64,000 nt of DNA from a virus. The stretch spans positions 11,374-75,373 of the IMG/VR virus record IMGVR_UViG_3300045999_009338; one strand, 5' to 3'. The translations under genes were made by a program, and so were the position numbers. Of the stretch, positions 9,801 to 19,171 are shown in pieces. Below the pieces are notes generated by a model. It did no database searches. It worked only from the letters and a program-made list of their open reading frames with translations, and was not told where the DNA came from. The first letter of the stretch is position 1. The number at the start of each line of letters is the position of its first letter.

Positions 9801-11172
9801 AGGAGAAGCAAGTCTTGTTGCGGACGACATTCCTGCTCTTCCCGCATCGAAAATTACCACTGGTACGTTCGGAAGTGGCTTCATTGCAGATAATTCGATT
9901 CTTGCTTCTAAGCTCGCAAACTATTCCGTAAGTCAATTTGGCGAAGCTCCGCCAGTTGCCGACTTTATTGGACAGTTCTTCTTCAATCCATTGGAGAAAG
10001 ACCTCTATCTATGGGATGGTAACGTTTGGAATCCAGTTGGCATTAGTGTTGGTGAGATTATTTTTGGTGGCACATATAACGCTTCTGGAAACACCATTGC
10101 AAGCGTTAGCGCTGATGGTGCTGGTATTGGTCTTTCTGTGGGGCAACCACTTCCTGCTGCATCGACCACGTTTAATCGTTATTACGTTGTAGTTGCTAGC
10201 GGTGGCACTGGCACATCTCCTGCTCCTGAGACTGTTTTACAACCGCCTGATATTCTCCTTTGCAATGGCACGGCATGGGTGGAACTTGACGTTAGTTCCA
10301 CTTATCTATCGCAAACTGCCTCTAATGTGGCCTTTGCACCAGCAGGGACAATTGGAAGCACGAATGTTCAATCTGCCATTGAAGAAGTAAATACAGAATG
10401 TCGCAATATCAACAATGTGGCAAGTGGCATTTTAGCAACTGGCTATGGCGGCACTGGAATTAATTCTTATGCCAAAGGCGACATTCTTGTTGGTAGTGGC
10501 ACCACATTAGTCAAGCAGACCATTGGAACCAACGGGCAAGTACTTACTGCCAATTCTGCCTTTGGAGGTGGCGTTCACTGGGTGACGCCTGCGAGTGGCA
10601 CTGTTCTTTCCGTAAGCGTTAATTCCCCTCTTGCTGTTGTTAGTGGTACCACCACTCCAGTTATTTCAATTCCTGACGCATCGACAAGCGCGAGGGGAAG
10701 CGTTCAGCTCACTGATTCAACAAGCACGACAAGCTCAACGCTTGCTGCTACTGCCACTGCAGTGAAAAACGCCTTTGACTTGGCTAACGCTGCATTGCCG
10801 CGAGCTGGCGGTACGATCACTGGAGAAGTGGTAATTGGCAGTGCTGGCACATTGCTGTTTGAAGGCGCCACTGATAATGCTTTCGAAATTCAGCTCACCG
10901 CTGCTGATGCCACTTCAGACAAGATCGTCACTTTGCCAGATACTACTGGCACCATTATCACCACTGGCGATACTGGTACAGTCACCAATTTAATGCTTGC
11001 TGGCAGCATTGCAGACACCAAGCTTTCTACAATTTCCACTGCCGGCAAGGTTAGTAATAGTGCTACCACTGCTACTAGCACCAATACTGCTAGTGCAATT
11101 ATTGCCCGCGATGCAAGTGGCAATTTCTCTGCTGGCTCTATTGATGCCACCATTGATGAAGGCACTTTCTAA
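6892..11172 (+). CDS. Long tail fibre protein
   Basis: 1426 aa, Ala/Ser/Gly/Thr-rich, VTxAKL repeats, AATATAVK motif, C-terminal IDEGTF. Confidence 0.85.
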   Translation: MADQRITELVELPQGGVAFNDVLPIADVSASQTKKVQVKSLIQAGFNLADASTLDISKINQASAAKLTGTSIAANTLTYDKIQQVSANKLLGRSASTGNVEEIDCTVYIRTLLDDANAAAARSTLELGVVATGNTINTSLLEDLSVTTGKINNLAVTAAKLASDAVETAKILDGAVTSAKIQTSGITGGNVSAGAIDTVHLATSGVTLIKMAANSVGTIQLVDSGITQAKLAADAVATINLVASGITQPKLAANAVATINLVDSGVTFAKLSSDSVNTINLVASGVTQAKLAADAVATINLVDSGVTQPKLASGSVATINVIDSAITLAKMASGSVNTAQLVDSGVTQAKLASNAVNTINLVDSGITQPKLAANAIATVNIVDSGVTTAKLASGAVTISKLGLSSGELSGSVITASSIPSGSYASGSIPTAAVEDNAIVFAKIQQVASGVLLGRASAGSGNVESITLTAAGRALLDDADAAAQRTTLGLETMAVQPASGVAITGGTAVLSSGTITYATINGGVISGITDLAVTDGGTGASTASGARTNLGLVIGTDVQAYDPALASIAGLTTASGQFIYTTASDTYATATITAAGRAILDDADASAQRTTLGLGSLAVKNTVGSGDYDSSSIVTANIADGAITTAKLADSGVTTVKIVDASVTADKIANNAVTTAKIIDSGVTTSKIANGAVSYAKIQATSASDVLLGRSSASGGTVEEIACTSAARSILDDASIADIRATLGLGTLAVQNGSFSGTSTGTNTGDQTITLSGDVTGTGTSGFAVAINNSAVTTAKINDSAVTTAKIVDSGVTSAKLADNSAAIVAGSTPTGDGDFIGQQWLNTNTGVEYTWTGSTWRRQSGLATTVISGDTVYAYATSYPDEFSASIVPSLNTQVATRFFAGPASGNADAAPTFRAITASDLPKATTAALGVAQAGTGLVTVSGIFNHANSVASGTYYKVTVDAQGHVSAGEASLVADDIPALPASKITTGTFGSGFIADNSILASKLANYSVSQFGEAPPVADFIGQFFFNPLEKDLYLWDGNVWNPVGISVGEIIFGGTYNASGNTIASVSADGAGIGLSVGQPLPAASTTFNRYYVVVASGGTGTSPAPETVLQPPDILLCNGTAWVELDVSSTYLSQTASNVAFAPAGTIGSTNVQSAIEEVNTECRNINNVASGILATGYGGTGINSYAKGDILVGSGTTLVKQTIGTNGQVLTANSAFGGGVHWVTPASGTVLSVSVNSPLAVVSGTTTPVISIPDASTSARGSVQLTDSTSTTSSTLAATATAVKNAFDLANAALPRAGGTITGEVVIGSAGTLLFEGATDNAFEIQLTAADATSDKIVTLPDTTGTIITTGDTGTVTNLMLAGSIADTKLSTISTAGKVSNSATTATSTNTASAIIARDASGNFSAGSIDATIDEGTF
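7330..8100 (+). repeat. Degenerate 30/60-nt tandem repeat encoding 20-aa SGVTQAKLAADAVATINLVD units
   Basis: Visible in both protein and DNA; roughly a dozen 20-aa units. Confidence 0.85.
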
Positions 11173-11244
11173 TCATTAAAAAGAAAAGCCTTTTAGAATT
11201 GCGAAAGACTAATTAGTCTTCTGCAATTCCGAAAGGCTTTAATT

Positions 11245-12999
11245 ATGGCTGGTGTTCTTCAGCATCTGCGTTCATCAACGCTTAACAAGCGTCCTAATCC
11301 TGCTTCTATGGTTGATGGTCAATTGGCCATTAATTATGCAAGTGGAAGCCCTGGAGCTTTTTTCAAGGACAGCAACGGTAATTTAGTAAAAGTGGGGCCT
11401 GTGCATGTGGGAGCAACAGCTCCTAATGTGAGTCCTGCAAGTGGCGGCACTGCTGGCAATAGCCTTGGCGAGCAATGGCTTGATACAAGTGGTGGTACTT
11501 ATGTGTTTAAGATTTGGGACGGAGCTGCGTGGCGCAGTGAAGCTGGTGAGTTTGTAAACACGACTGGCGACACGATGACTGGAGCGCTGGGCATTATCGC
11601 GGGCTCAGCTTCCACGCCAGGATTATTTTTCAGTGGGGACGCAAATTCTGGACTGTATTCCCCCGGCGCAGACCAGGTGGCACTGGCGACAGGTGGCACG
11701 GGGCGGTTGTTTATTGATGCAAGTGGGCGGGTTGGGGTCGGCACTACTTCTCCTGTGCCAGGGGGTCAGGGTGTTCATATTCACAATTCCAGTGCAGCAG
11801 ACAGTTCGCTGCGAGTCACTAACTCAACCACTGGAGCTACAGATGGAGATGGCTTTGCAATTCAATGTGCATCTGATGGCACTGCAAAGCTGCGGCAATT
11901 TGAAAGTTCTGCACTAACGTTTGAAACTGCAGCTACTGAACGCGCCCGCATTGACAGCTCCGGCAGGTTGCTAGTGGGGACGTCTACTGCGCGTGGGAAC
12001 TTCTATAATACAACAGGGCTAACTCCAGGTATTCAATTAGAAGGTTCATCATTTCAAAATAGATTCTTAGGACTTATATCTAGCGACAATGGTGGCCCAG
12101 GATCTTGCGCCGGAATAATTATGGCACGGCAAAAGAGTGGATCCGTAGGTGGTAACACAATCGTCGCTAACAATGACTCTCTTGGATTGCTGACATTTCA
12201 AGGATCAGACGGTACGGAGTTTGTCGAGGGCGCTCGTATTGAAGCATTTGTAGACGGCACCCCTGGCGTTAACGACATGCCAGGCCGCCTAGTGTTCAGC
12301 ACTGCCGCCGACGGAGGGAGTTCTCCGACGGAGCGGATGAGGATTACAAGCTCCGGTACATTACTTTTGGGGAAGCAAATCGATGACATAGGCACCAATG
12401 GAGTTCAGTTCTTCTCTTCTGGCATTCAGTACAACACCCGTAGTGGCGGTACACTTCATTTGCTAAATAGAAGAACGGATGACGGTGATTTAATCGTATT
12501 TGCACAAGACGGCAACATTGAAGGCAGCATCTCCGTCTCCGGTACCACGATCTCCTATAACGGTGCTCACCTAAGCCGCTGGTCCCAGCTTCCTTCTGGC
12601 GCAGAGCGTACCGAAATCCTGCGCGGCACTGTCCTCTCTAACATCGATGAGATGTGCGAGTGGGGCGAGGAAGATAACGAACAGCTCAACCGGATGAAGG
12701 TGAGCGACGTTGAAGGTGACAAGAACGTGTCGGGCGTGTTCCAGGCTTGGGACGACGATGACGACACTTACACCAACGACTTCTACTGCGCGATGACGGG
12801 TGATTTCATCATCCGAATCGGTGCTGGCGTAACCGTTGAACGTGGTGATCTGCTGATGTCCGCAGGTGATGGCACTGCCAAGCCTCAGGACGACGACATC
12901 ATCCGCAGCAAGACCATCGCCAAGGTCACCAGCACCAACGTGAGCTGCACACACCCTGATGGCAGCTACTGCGTGCCTTGTGTACTGATGGCCTGCTGA
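11245..12999 (+). CDS. Tail fibre / receptor-binding protein
   Basis: ERARIDSSGRLLVGTS and ERMRITSSG repeats; C-terminal domain ending YCVPCVLMAC, common in cyanophage fibres. Confidence 0.8.
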   Translation: MAGVLQHLRSSTLNKRPNPASMVDGQLAINYASGSPGAFFKDSNGNLVKVGPVHVGATAPNVSPASGGTAGNSLGEQWLDTSGGTYVFKIWDGAAWRSEAGEFVNTTGDTMTGALGIIAGSASTPGLFFSGDANSGLYSPGADQVALATGGTGRLFIDASGRVGVGTTSPVPGGQGVHIHNSSAADSSLRVTNSTTGATDGDGFAIQCASDGTAKLRQFESSALTFETAATERARIDSSGRLLVGTSTARGNFYNTTGLTPGIQLEGSSFQNRFLGLISSDNGGPGSCAGIIMARQKSGSVGGNTIVANNDSLGLLTFQGSDGTEFVEGARIEAFVDGTPGVNDMPGRLVFSTAADGGSSPTERMRITSSGTLLLGKQIDDIGTNGVQFFSSGIQYNTRSGGTLHLLNRRTDDGDLIVFAQDGNIEGSISVSGTTISYNGAHLSRWSQLPSGAERTEILRGTVLSNIDEMCEWGEEDNEQLNRMKVSDVEGDKNVSGVFQAWDDDDDTYTNDFYCAMTGDFIIRIGAGVTVERGDLLMSAGDGTAKPQDDDIIRSKTIAKVTSTNVSCTHPDGSYCVPCVLMAC

Positions 13000-13090
13000 T
13001 TAGTCCCCTTCACTTCTTGCTCTGGCGATTTCCCGAAGAAACCGCCTTTTCTTTTCATTGCTAAACTAACAAAGACCATTCTTTTTAACC

Positions 13091-13402
13091 ATGGCGATCA
13101 CTTATTCTTGGGGCGTTTCCCAGCTTGAAAGGCAGCTTTCGAGCGGCATTGTCTACACGGTTCACTATACGATTTCTGCCGATGATGGCACGTATGCCAG
13201 TTCAGCATATGGCAGTCTTGGTCTTGAACCCCCTGATGAGGACGATGAGATTCCTTATGCTCAGCTCACCCCTGAAATCGTCACCGGCTGGGTGAAAGAT
13301 AAATTTGGCGATGAGAAAGTGGCGGAAATTGAAGCTGCTCTTGCCGAGCAAATTGCTCAACAGCGCACTCCGACCACAGGCACTGGCCTGCCTTGGAGCT
13401 AA
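13091..13402 (+). CDS. Tail fibre assembly/chaperone-like protein
   Basis: Follows the fibre gene; IPYAQLTPEIVTGWVK and C-terminal GLPW motif. Confidence 0.55.
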   Translation: MAITYSWGVSQLERQLSSGIVYTVHYTISADDGTYASSAYGSLGLEPPDEDDEIPYAQLTPEIVTGWVKDKFGDEKVAEIEAALAEQIAQQRTPTTGTGLPWS

Positions 13403-13405
13403 TGA

Positions 13406-13543
13406 ATGGCAGCAAAATCCAAGGTTGGCATTAGCGGGCAAAAGCTTCATTCTTCTAATCGTCGCAAGAAGACTAGGCAAGGCAATGGAGCGAATAGCAA
13501 AGCTTCTCATGGGCGAAAGCTTATGCGAGGCCAAGGCAAATAA
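13406..13543 (+). CDS. Small basic peptide (45 aa, KKTRQG...RGQGK family), not in the ORF track
   Basis: Translated by hand: MAAKSKVGISGQKLHSSNRRKKTRQGNGANSKASHGRKLMRGQGK; followed by a terminator. Confidence 0.65.
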   Translation: MAAKSKVGISGQKLHSSNRRKKTRQGNGANSKASHGRKLMRGQGK

Positions 13544-13546
13544 TTA

Positions 13547-13572
13547 CGGGGCCGAAAGGCCCCTTTCCTTTT
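13547..13572 (+). terminator. Intrinsic terminator
   Basis: GGGGCC-GAAA-GGCCCC followed by a T-rich tract. Confidence 0.75.
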
Positions 13573-13603
13573 AGCAGTACAATGGAAGAAAGCATTGTTT
13601 CTC

Positions 13604-14827
13604 ATGGGCCAAATCATTGCTGGCGGTGAACAGTTTGAAACTCATATTGAAGCTGACTATCGCGGGCAGATCTTAAAGACAGGCCCTGACAGTGGATCCG
13701 TTGATGCCTTTGGTCGTGCTCGCACAAGTGCTCCCTATACACTTTTTGATAGCACGATGCGTTATGACAAGCGTGCTGACCAATGGTTCGATCGCGTGTC
13801 CAATGGAGGCGTGGTCACGTATTTAACAAATGAAAGCAGCACTGCCTTAACGACTACAACTGCGTCTGGCGATACAGTATTGCGTAGAACTAAGCAATAC
13901 TTTCCGTACCAACCAGGAAAGAGCATGATGATCATGCAAAGCTTTGCCGGCGCCACGCCAACAGCGGGCCTTATTCAAGAAGTGGGCTTCTTTGATGACC
14001 AGAATGGAGTGATGTTTAGGGCAAGTGGTACTACTTTGCAAATGGTCATTAGAAGCTTTACGTCTGGCGCCATTGTTGAAAACGTAGTCGATCAATCAGC
14101 ATGGAATATCAACACTCTTGATTCGCTGGACATCTCTAAAGCCCAAATTTTTACAGCCGATCTTGAATGGCTTGGCGTGGGACGAGTAAGGGCTGGCTTT
14201 GTAGTCAATGGCGAGATTATCTATTGCCATGAATTTAATCATTACAACACATTGACTAGTGCATATATGACAACGGCTATTTTGCCATTGTCCTATCGCA
14301 TTCACAATGCTTCCACTCAAGCTTCAGGGAGAACTATGAAGCAAATTTGTAGCAGCATTCTTAGTGAGGGAGGATACGAACCAGATGGTGCTGTGTATTC
14401 AGTGGGTCATGATCTTGCCACTATCGCCAACACTTCTGGAGAGCGTATCACTGCTGGCATCCGCATGGCGAGTGGTCGCACTGGTAATGTTATTTTGCCT
14501 GTGAGGATTTCCACTGCTACTTCCTCTAGCGATGTTGTGCTATGGAGGCTTCGTCTTAATCCAACGCTAAGTGGAGTTGCGTGGAGCGCTGCGGACAATC
14601 AAAGGGGCAATGTGGAAGTTACAACCAGTGGCACTGCGACAGGCGGCATAGTGGTCGACGCAGGCTTTGTAAGCCAAGGTAGTGCGAATAATTACGACAT
14701 TGCAGTGGCCATTCGTCTTGCCTTAGGGCAAAATGCGTCTGGCGAAAGCGACACCCTCATTTTGACTGTCGACAGTTCTGTTAACGCCAAAGCTCTTGGC
14801 ATGATCGGCTGGGTAGAAATTGCATAA
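13604..14827 (+). CDS. Virion structural protein (beta-rich)
   Basis: DAFGRARTS, YQPGKS and DLEWLGVGRVR motifs of a widespread phage virion family; ATG at 13604 preferred. Confidence 0.6.
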   Translation: MGQIIAGGEQFETHIEADYRGQILKTGPDSGSVDAFGRARTSAPYTLFDSTMRYDKRADQWFDRVSNGGVVTYLTNESSTALTTTTASGDTVLRRTKQYFPYQPGKSMMIMQSFAGATPTAGLIQEVGFFDDQNGVMFRASGTTLQMVIRSFTSGAIVENVVDQSAWNINTLDSLDISKAQIFTADLEWLGVGRVRAGFVVNGEIIYCHEFNHYNTLTSAYMTTAILPLSYRIHNASTQASGRTMKQICSSILSEGGYEPDGAVYSVGHDLATIANTSGERITAGIRMASGRTGNVILPVRISTATSSSDVVLWRLRLNPTLSGVAWSAADNQRGNVEVTTSGTATGGIVVDAGFVSQGSANNYDIAVAIRLALGQNASGESDTLILTVDSSVNAKALGMIGWVEIA

Positions 14828-14856
14828 TTCGCCTACAATAAAAGAAAAAGTTCATC

Positions 14857-15195
14857 ATGATTACGCCAGGTAAGCACGATATTACAATTTATCAGGGCGC
14901 AACTTTTGAGCTTCAGTTGCAATACAAGGATGCTTCTGGCGTGCCGGTAAATATGAGCGGCTACACCGTAGCATCCAAGCTATATGATCGCCTAGGAAGT
15001 TCTAAGCTTGCTGATTTTGCCGTATCATACGTAAATCAAGCTAGCGGTATTTTCAAGCTACGTCTAGAGGCTTCTGGAACAAGCGGTATTACAGAGCAGG
15101 GGCAGTATGACGTGTTGATTACGGAGCCTGACAATAGTAAGTATTATCTTGTAGAGGGCAATGCCTTTATTAATCTTGGCTTGAGCTTCAAATGA
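14857..15195 (+). CDS. Virion accessory protein (Ig/BppU-like)
   Basis: ITIYQGATF...YDVLIT...VEG motif. Confidence 0.5.
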   Translation: MITPGKHDITIYQGATFELQLQYKDASGVPVNMSGYTVASKLYDRLGSSKLADFAVSYVNQASGIFKLRLEASGTSGITEQGQYDVLITEPDNSKYYLVEGNAFINLGLSFK

Positions 15196-15494
15196 CAGTT
15201 ATTGTACAACAGTCTCCTTCCATTGTCTCAATTACTGAGGCGGAGGATTCCATTGTTGTCATAAACGAAGAAAGTAATACTATACAAATACAGGCTCCTC
15301 CGCCATCGCCAAGGCTTGAATTTTTTGGCAATGGCCCTCAAGGAGCTATTGGTCCTCAAGGGGAAAAAGGAATTAATTTAGACGAAACCGCTAAAATTGA
15401 TGGAAGTGTAGTTTATTACGATGCTGCTGCAGCAAAGTTTAAAGCAGACGCAACAATCACTACCACTCTTCTTACTGACGGAGGCAATTTCTAA
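15192..15494 (+). CDS. Small structural protein with a short collagen-like tract
   Basis: GPQGAIGPQGEKG; C-terminal DGGNF. Confidence 0.55.
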   Translation: MTVIVQQSPSIVSITEAEDSIVVINEESNTIQIQAPPPSPRLEFFGNGPQGAIGPQGEKGINLDETAKIDGSVVYYDAAAAKFKADATITTTLLTDGGNF

Positions 15495-16573
15495 TGGCCA
15501 ATATCATTCGCATTAAGCGCAGGGCTTCTGGAGGTAGCACTGGTGCGCCCGCGAGTTTGGCCAATGCTGAACTTGCCTATAACGAAAGTGATGCTGGGAA
15601 TGGCGTTCTTTATTATGGTTACGGTACTGGCGGCGCTGGTGGAAGCGCTACGCAAGTTGTTGCCATTGGTGGCGATGGTGCATTCGTAAATCTTACCGGC
15701 TCTCAAACGATAAGCGGCAACAAGACTTTTACTGGCACGCTAACAATGAGCGGTGCCACGATTGATGGCTTTAGCACCACTGGCAATGTAACAATTGGTG
15801 GAAATTTCACTGTCAATGGCACTACTACTACTGTCAACAGCACAACAATTAGTGTTGACGATAAAAACATTGAACTAGGAAGCGTTGCAAGCCCCACTGA
15901 CACTACTGCAGACGGAGGTGGCATTCTTCTTAAAGGAGACACTGATAAGACCATTTATTGGGTGAATGCCACTGACGCATGGACTAGCAGTGAACATATT
16001 GCCGTGGCAAGCGGTAAGTCTTATTTCATTAATAACAGCAATGTCCTCAGCAGCAGTGCACTAGGAAGTGGCATCATTACGTCCAGTTTGACCAGTGTTG
16101 GCACTCTCACTTCTGGCACATGGTCTGCGTCGACCATTGCCGTTGACAAAGGAGGCACAGGACAGTCAAGCTATACAAATGGTCAATTATTAATTGGCAA
16201 TACCACTGGTAATACACTTACGAAGGCCACGCTAACTGCTGGCAGTGGCATTTCAATTACAAATGGCAATGGCAGTATTACCATTGAATCTACTGGCGTA
16301 AGTTTTGCGGCTGGCGATGGTTTAGATCTGGCAGGAGGCACGCTATCAGTTGATTTGAAGGCCAATGGTGGCTTGGTCATTGAAAGCACAGAGCTTGCGC
16401 TTGATCTTGGTGCATCTAGCATCACGGGAACTTTGGCTGTTGCCGATGGTGGCACGGGAGCAACAACCTTAACTGGCATCTTGAAGGGTAATGGCACGTC
16501 TGCATTTACTGCTGCTGTTGCAGGGACCGACTATCTTGATACAAACAGCACAGTGGATGGAGGAACTTTCTAG
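15494..16573 (+). CDS. Fibre/spike protein
   Basis: IRIKRR...LANAELAY N-terminus; GGTG repeats; C-terminal DGGTF. Confidence 0.65.
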   Translation: MANIIRIKRRASGGSTGAPASLANAELAYNESDAGNGVLYYGYGTGGAGGSATQVVAIGGDGAFVNLTGSQTISGNKTFTGTLTMSGATIDGFSTTGNVTIGGNFTVNGTTTTVNSTTISVDDKNIELGSVASPTDTTADGGGILLKGDTDKTIYWVNATDAWTSSEHIAVASGKSYFINNSNVLSSSALGSGIITSSLTSVGTLTSGTWSASTIAVDKGGTGQSSYTNGQLLIGNTTGNTLTKATLTAGSGISITNGNGSITIESTGVSFAAGDGLDLAGGTLSVDLKANGGLVIESTELALDLGASSITGTLAVADGGTGATTLTGILKGNGTSAFTAAVAGTDYLDTNSTVDGGTF

Positions 16574-17410
16574 ATGCCTCGTCAAAATAAAATCATTCTT
16601 CGTAATGGCACAACAGTGCCTAATGGAGCAGATTTTGATATTGGTGAACCTGCATGGAATAAAGACGCGGGAACGCTCTATGTGAAGAATTCTGCTGGAG
16701 CGATGGTTTCCATTGGGGCGCCTTTTACTGGTGGCACTTTGACTAGCGGCCTGGTAGTTGCATCTGGCGCTACATCTTTAGCTCCATTGTCATTTCAAGC
16801 GGGCACTAATTTAACCACTGCCGCCTCTGGAGTGATGGAATATGACGGCAAGGTGTTTTACAGTACGCCGGCAGGGCGAGGAGTGTCTCCTTCTGTCATG
16901 GTTTATCGTCTTAATGCTGATTTAGCTGGTGCAAACAGCACTGCATCACAAAGTGTATTCGGCGTGGGAGTTTCTTTGCAGGCCAATACAGTTTATGCCA
17001 TGCAAATGGTGTTTACATTGGCCAAAACTGCAGGGACCACTTCTCATTCAATTGGATTTAGCTTTGATGGTGGCACCGCCACTTTTAACAACATCCATAT
17101 ACAAGGAATGTATTCCAATCATCAAGCTGCTCCATCTACTACCAGTTCTTTAGCAACTAGCGCTTGGAATTATGGCGTGCATACGGCAACAACTCTAATA
17201 AATTACGTCACCAATATTGCAGGAGCTACGCGCACGCAAACAGGTACATTTCATGGCACGTTTAGCGTGAATGCTGCAGGCACTTTCAATCCTCAGTACA
17301 GACTATCTGCTGCACCAGGCGGCGCATACAGCACTCTTGCCGGATCATTCATTAGTATTTGGCCCATTGGAGCTGCTGGAAGCAACGTGTCAGTTGGCCC
17401 ATGGGCGTAA
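16574..17410 (+). CDS. Fibre/spike protein
   Basis: IILRNG...IGEPAWN N-terminus related to the previous gene; beta-rich tip. Confidence 0.6.
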   Translation: MPRQNKIILRNGTTVPNGADFDIGEPAWNKDAGTLYVKNSAGAMVSIGAPFTGGTLTSGLVVASGATSLAPLSFQAGTNLTTAASGVMEYDGKVFYSTPAGRGVSPSVMVYRLNADLAGANSTASQSVFGVGVSLQANTVYAMQMVFTLAKTAGTTSHSIGFSFDGGTATFNNIHIQGMYSNHQAAPSTTSSLATSAWNYGVHTATTLINYVTNIAGATRTQTGTFHGTFSVNAAGTFNPQYRLSAAPGGAYSTLAGSFISIWPIGAAGSNVSVGPWA

Positions 17411-17441
17411 CGCCTAGCATGCAAGAGCGTTTCTAGCTCTC

Positions 17442-17654
17442 ATGGCTTTTCCTTTCATTGCAGAAGGCGAGTGGTACAAGCAGCAAACCGAGCATCTTTC
17501 AGACATTCTGGCTGAGCTACTGACGGACGATGATCCAGCGATGGCTTGCAAAGCGCTGAGCGAAACCATTGCCTCGTGGGAGGACTACCACGAGAAGGAA
17601 CTTGCTAAGTGGAAGCGCCTTAGGGCGCTTCTTGGCCTGGGAGCTGGTACGTAA
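17442..17654 (+). CDS. Hypothetical protein
   Basis: 70-aa ORF with protein-like composition. Confidence 0.5.
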   Translation: MAFPFIAEGEWYKQQTEHLSDILAELLTDDDPAMACKALSETIASWEDYHEKELAKWKRLRALLGLGAGT

Positions 17655-18024
17655 TCCTCATCTCTCCTCCCAAGACTTTTACGGCTTCGCTGGCGTCCGC
17701 TGGTGGGGCCTTTTCAATGAGAACAGACGGGACAATAGCATTGGGGAGGGGCGTGACTTTGGCATCAGGGAAAAGCTCGTGAGCCTTTTCAGCAAGAGCG
17801 TTTGCTTTTGTTTCCCGCTCGTCTTCTTCCCATCGTTTAACCAGCGTGATTGCTTGCTGGTCAATTTTCTTTATTACTGCTTTGGTTTTCCATTCTGACC
17901 AATCAGGCCGACAATGAGCAATGAGCATTTTGAACCATGGCTTCAATGCAAGAGAAGGCCGCCTTGAGGCGGCCCATAAGGCTAGTTCATAACAAAGTGC
18001 ATTGAACCAAGATTGCCAGTTCAT
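17620..18024 (-). CDS. Hypothetical protein in the lysis module
   Basis: Co-oriented with and downstream of the endolysin. Confidence 0.5.
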   Translation of the reverse strand: MNWQSWFNALCYELALWAASRRPSLALKPWFKMLIAHCRPDWSEWKTKAVIKKIDQQAITLVKRWEEDERETKANALAEKAHELFPDAKVTPLPNAIVPSVLIEKAPPADASEAVKVLGGEMRITYQLPGQEAP

Positions 18025-18048
18025 TTGCTGTTTGCGAATGGCGAATAA

Positions 18049-18993
18049 TTAGCCTTCTTGAAAAACTGAAATGTATACCGTGCCAGTTTTAGTGAGAGGA
18101 AGAATCTTGTCGCGCAAGTCAATATTATGACAACGCACGCAACCGTGAGTGGGGACAAGGGGCTGCTTTGGAGCCCATGCTCCAGGCCAACCATTTGCGC
18201 TTCCGCCACCATGGGCCATGATTCCTGCCCTGCCACTGCCAGCTTCTTGATTTTCTAGTTCGACCATGTCGAAGCTATACCAGCCATAGGCCATAAGAGT
18301 GCGATCATATGCAGGCTTGTCACCCACTCGCTCATAGTCTTTATAAATAGCGCCAATCTTGTAAATCCCAGGCGGCGTGTCTGAATTTGTGATTTTCCAT
18401 TCAAAATCACTGTATTGCCCACGAGCGAGACACGGGATTTCCCACAAAAGCTTTCCTTCAAACGAGAAGGCTTTCATGGTTTCCACTGCATCGTTCACAA
18501 TTAAATGTGAATCGCCTTTCTTGAAGCCAAAATCTTGCGGACGTTTTTTAGGGCCAACCATAGTAAAAGCGGTGCTCTCAGGGGCGTATTCCTTCATGAG
18601 CTTAGACAATTTTGCAGGATAATCTGGATCAGTGGCATACGATTGCTCTCTGAGCATTCGCGCTGCTGCGTAACGATTCGGGGCATTATTAATGCCCTTG
18701 AAATGACGATAATCCTTATACCAACGAGTGATCAAATATTCAATGCAAGCAGCAAGGCTAGGAAAATCAATGAATCCAGCTTTGATGGTCACCCATTGGC
18801 CATCGTAAAATTCTTGAGTGGCAGTAGTCGTGCCTTCGCCTTTTGCACCGATGTAATTGTGGGCGCCAGACACGTGATTGCCAAAGCCACTCTCTAAGCA
18901 GCATTGCGCTGCTACCAATTCAGGATAGCGAGCGCCATATTTACGGGCAATTTGGAAGCATTCGTTCCAAAAAGCCCGATTAGATGGCCACAT
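18049..18993 (-). CDS. Endolysin: glucosaminidase (GH73-like) plus L,D-transpeptidase (YkuD-like) domain
   Basis: AAQCCLESGFG, NYIGAKG and YATDPDY in the N-half; TPPGIY, HGGG and THGCVR in the C-half. Confidence 0.8.
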   Translation of the reverse strand: MWPSNRAFWNECFQIARKYGARYPELVAAQCCLESGFGNHVSGAHNYIGAKGEGTTTATQEFYDGQWVTIKAGFIDFPSLAACIEYLITRWYKDYRHFKGINNAPNRYAAARMLREQSYATDPDYPAKLSKLMKEYAPESTAFTMVGPKKRPQDFGFKKGDSHLIVNDAVETMKAFSFEGKLLWEIPCLARGQYSDFEWKITNSDTPPGIYKIGAIYKDYERVGDKPAYDRTLMAYGWYSFDMVELENQEAGSGRAGIMAHGGGSANGWPGAWAPKQPLVPTHGCVRCHNIDLRDKILPLTKTGTVYISVFQEG

Positions 18994-18997
18994 GGCT

Positions 18998-19141
18998 TCA
19001 ATCCTTCACACGGAAGATTGCCTTAAGACCAGTCAGCAAAAGCTGAATAATATTGTTCTCCTTGTAGGGAGTGCGTTCGATAATTTGGTCAGCAGCAGCA
19101 ACAATAATGCCACCAATAACGAACCATTCAATGCCGCTCAT
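18998..19141 (-). CDS. Putative holin (47 aa), not in the ORF track
   Basis: MSGIEWFVIGGIIVAAADQIIERTPYKENNIIQLLLTGLKAIFRVKD, directly upstream of the endolysin. Confidence 0.55.
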   Translation of the reverse strand: MSGIEWFVIGGIIVAAADQIIERTPYKENNIIQLLLTGLKAIFRVKD

Positions 19142-19171
19142 GACGAGAGATGCAATGGAGATATAAATAGC

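Noticed and set aside
11245-17410. Diversity-generating retroelement acting on fibre genes
   Set aside because: No reverse transcriptase and no template/variable repeat pair seen in the window
19095-19108. Partial self-match to predicted guide target TATTGTTGCTGGGC in the holin gene
   Set aside because: Only 11 of 14 nt match, which is expected by chance in 64 kb
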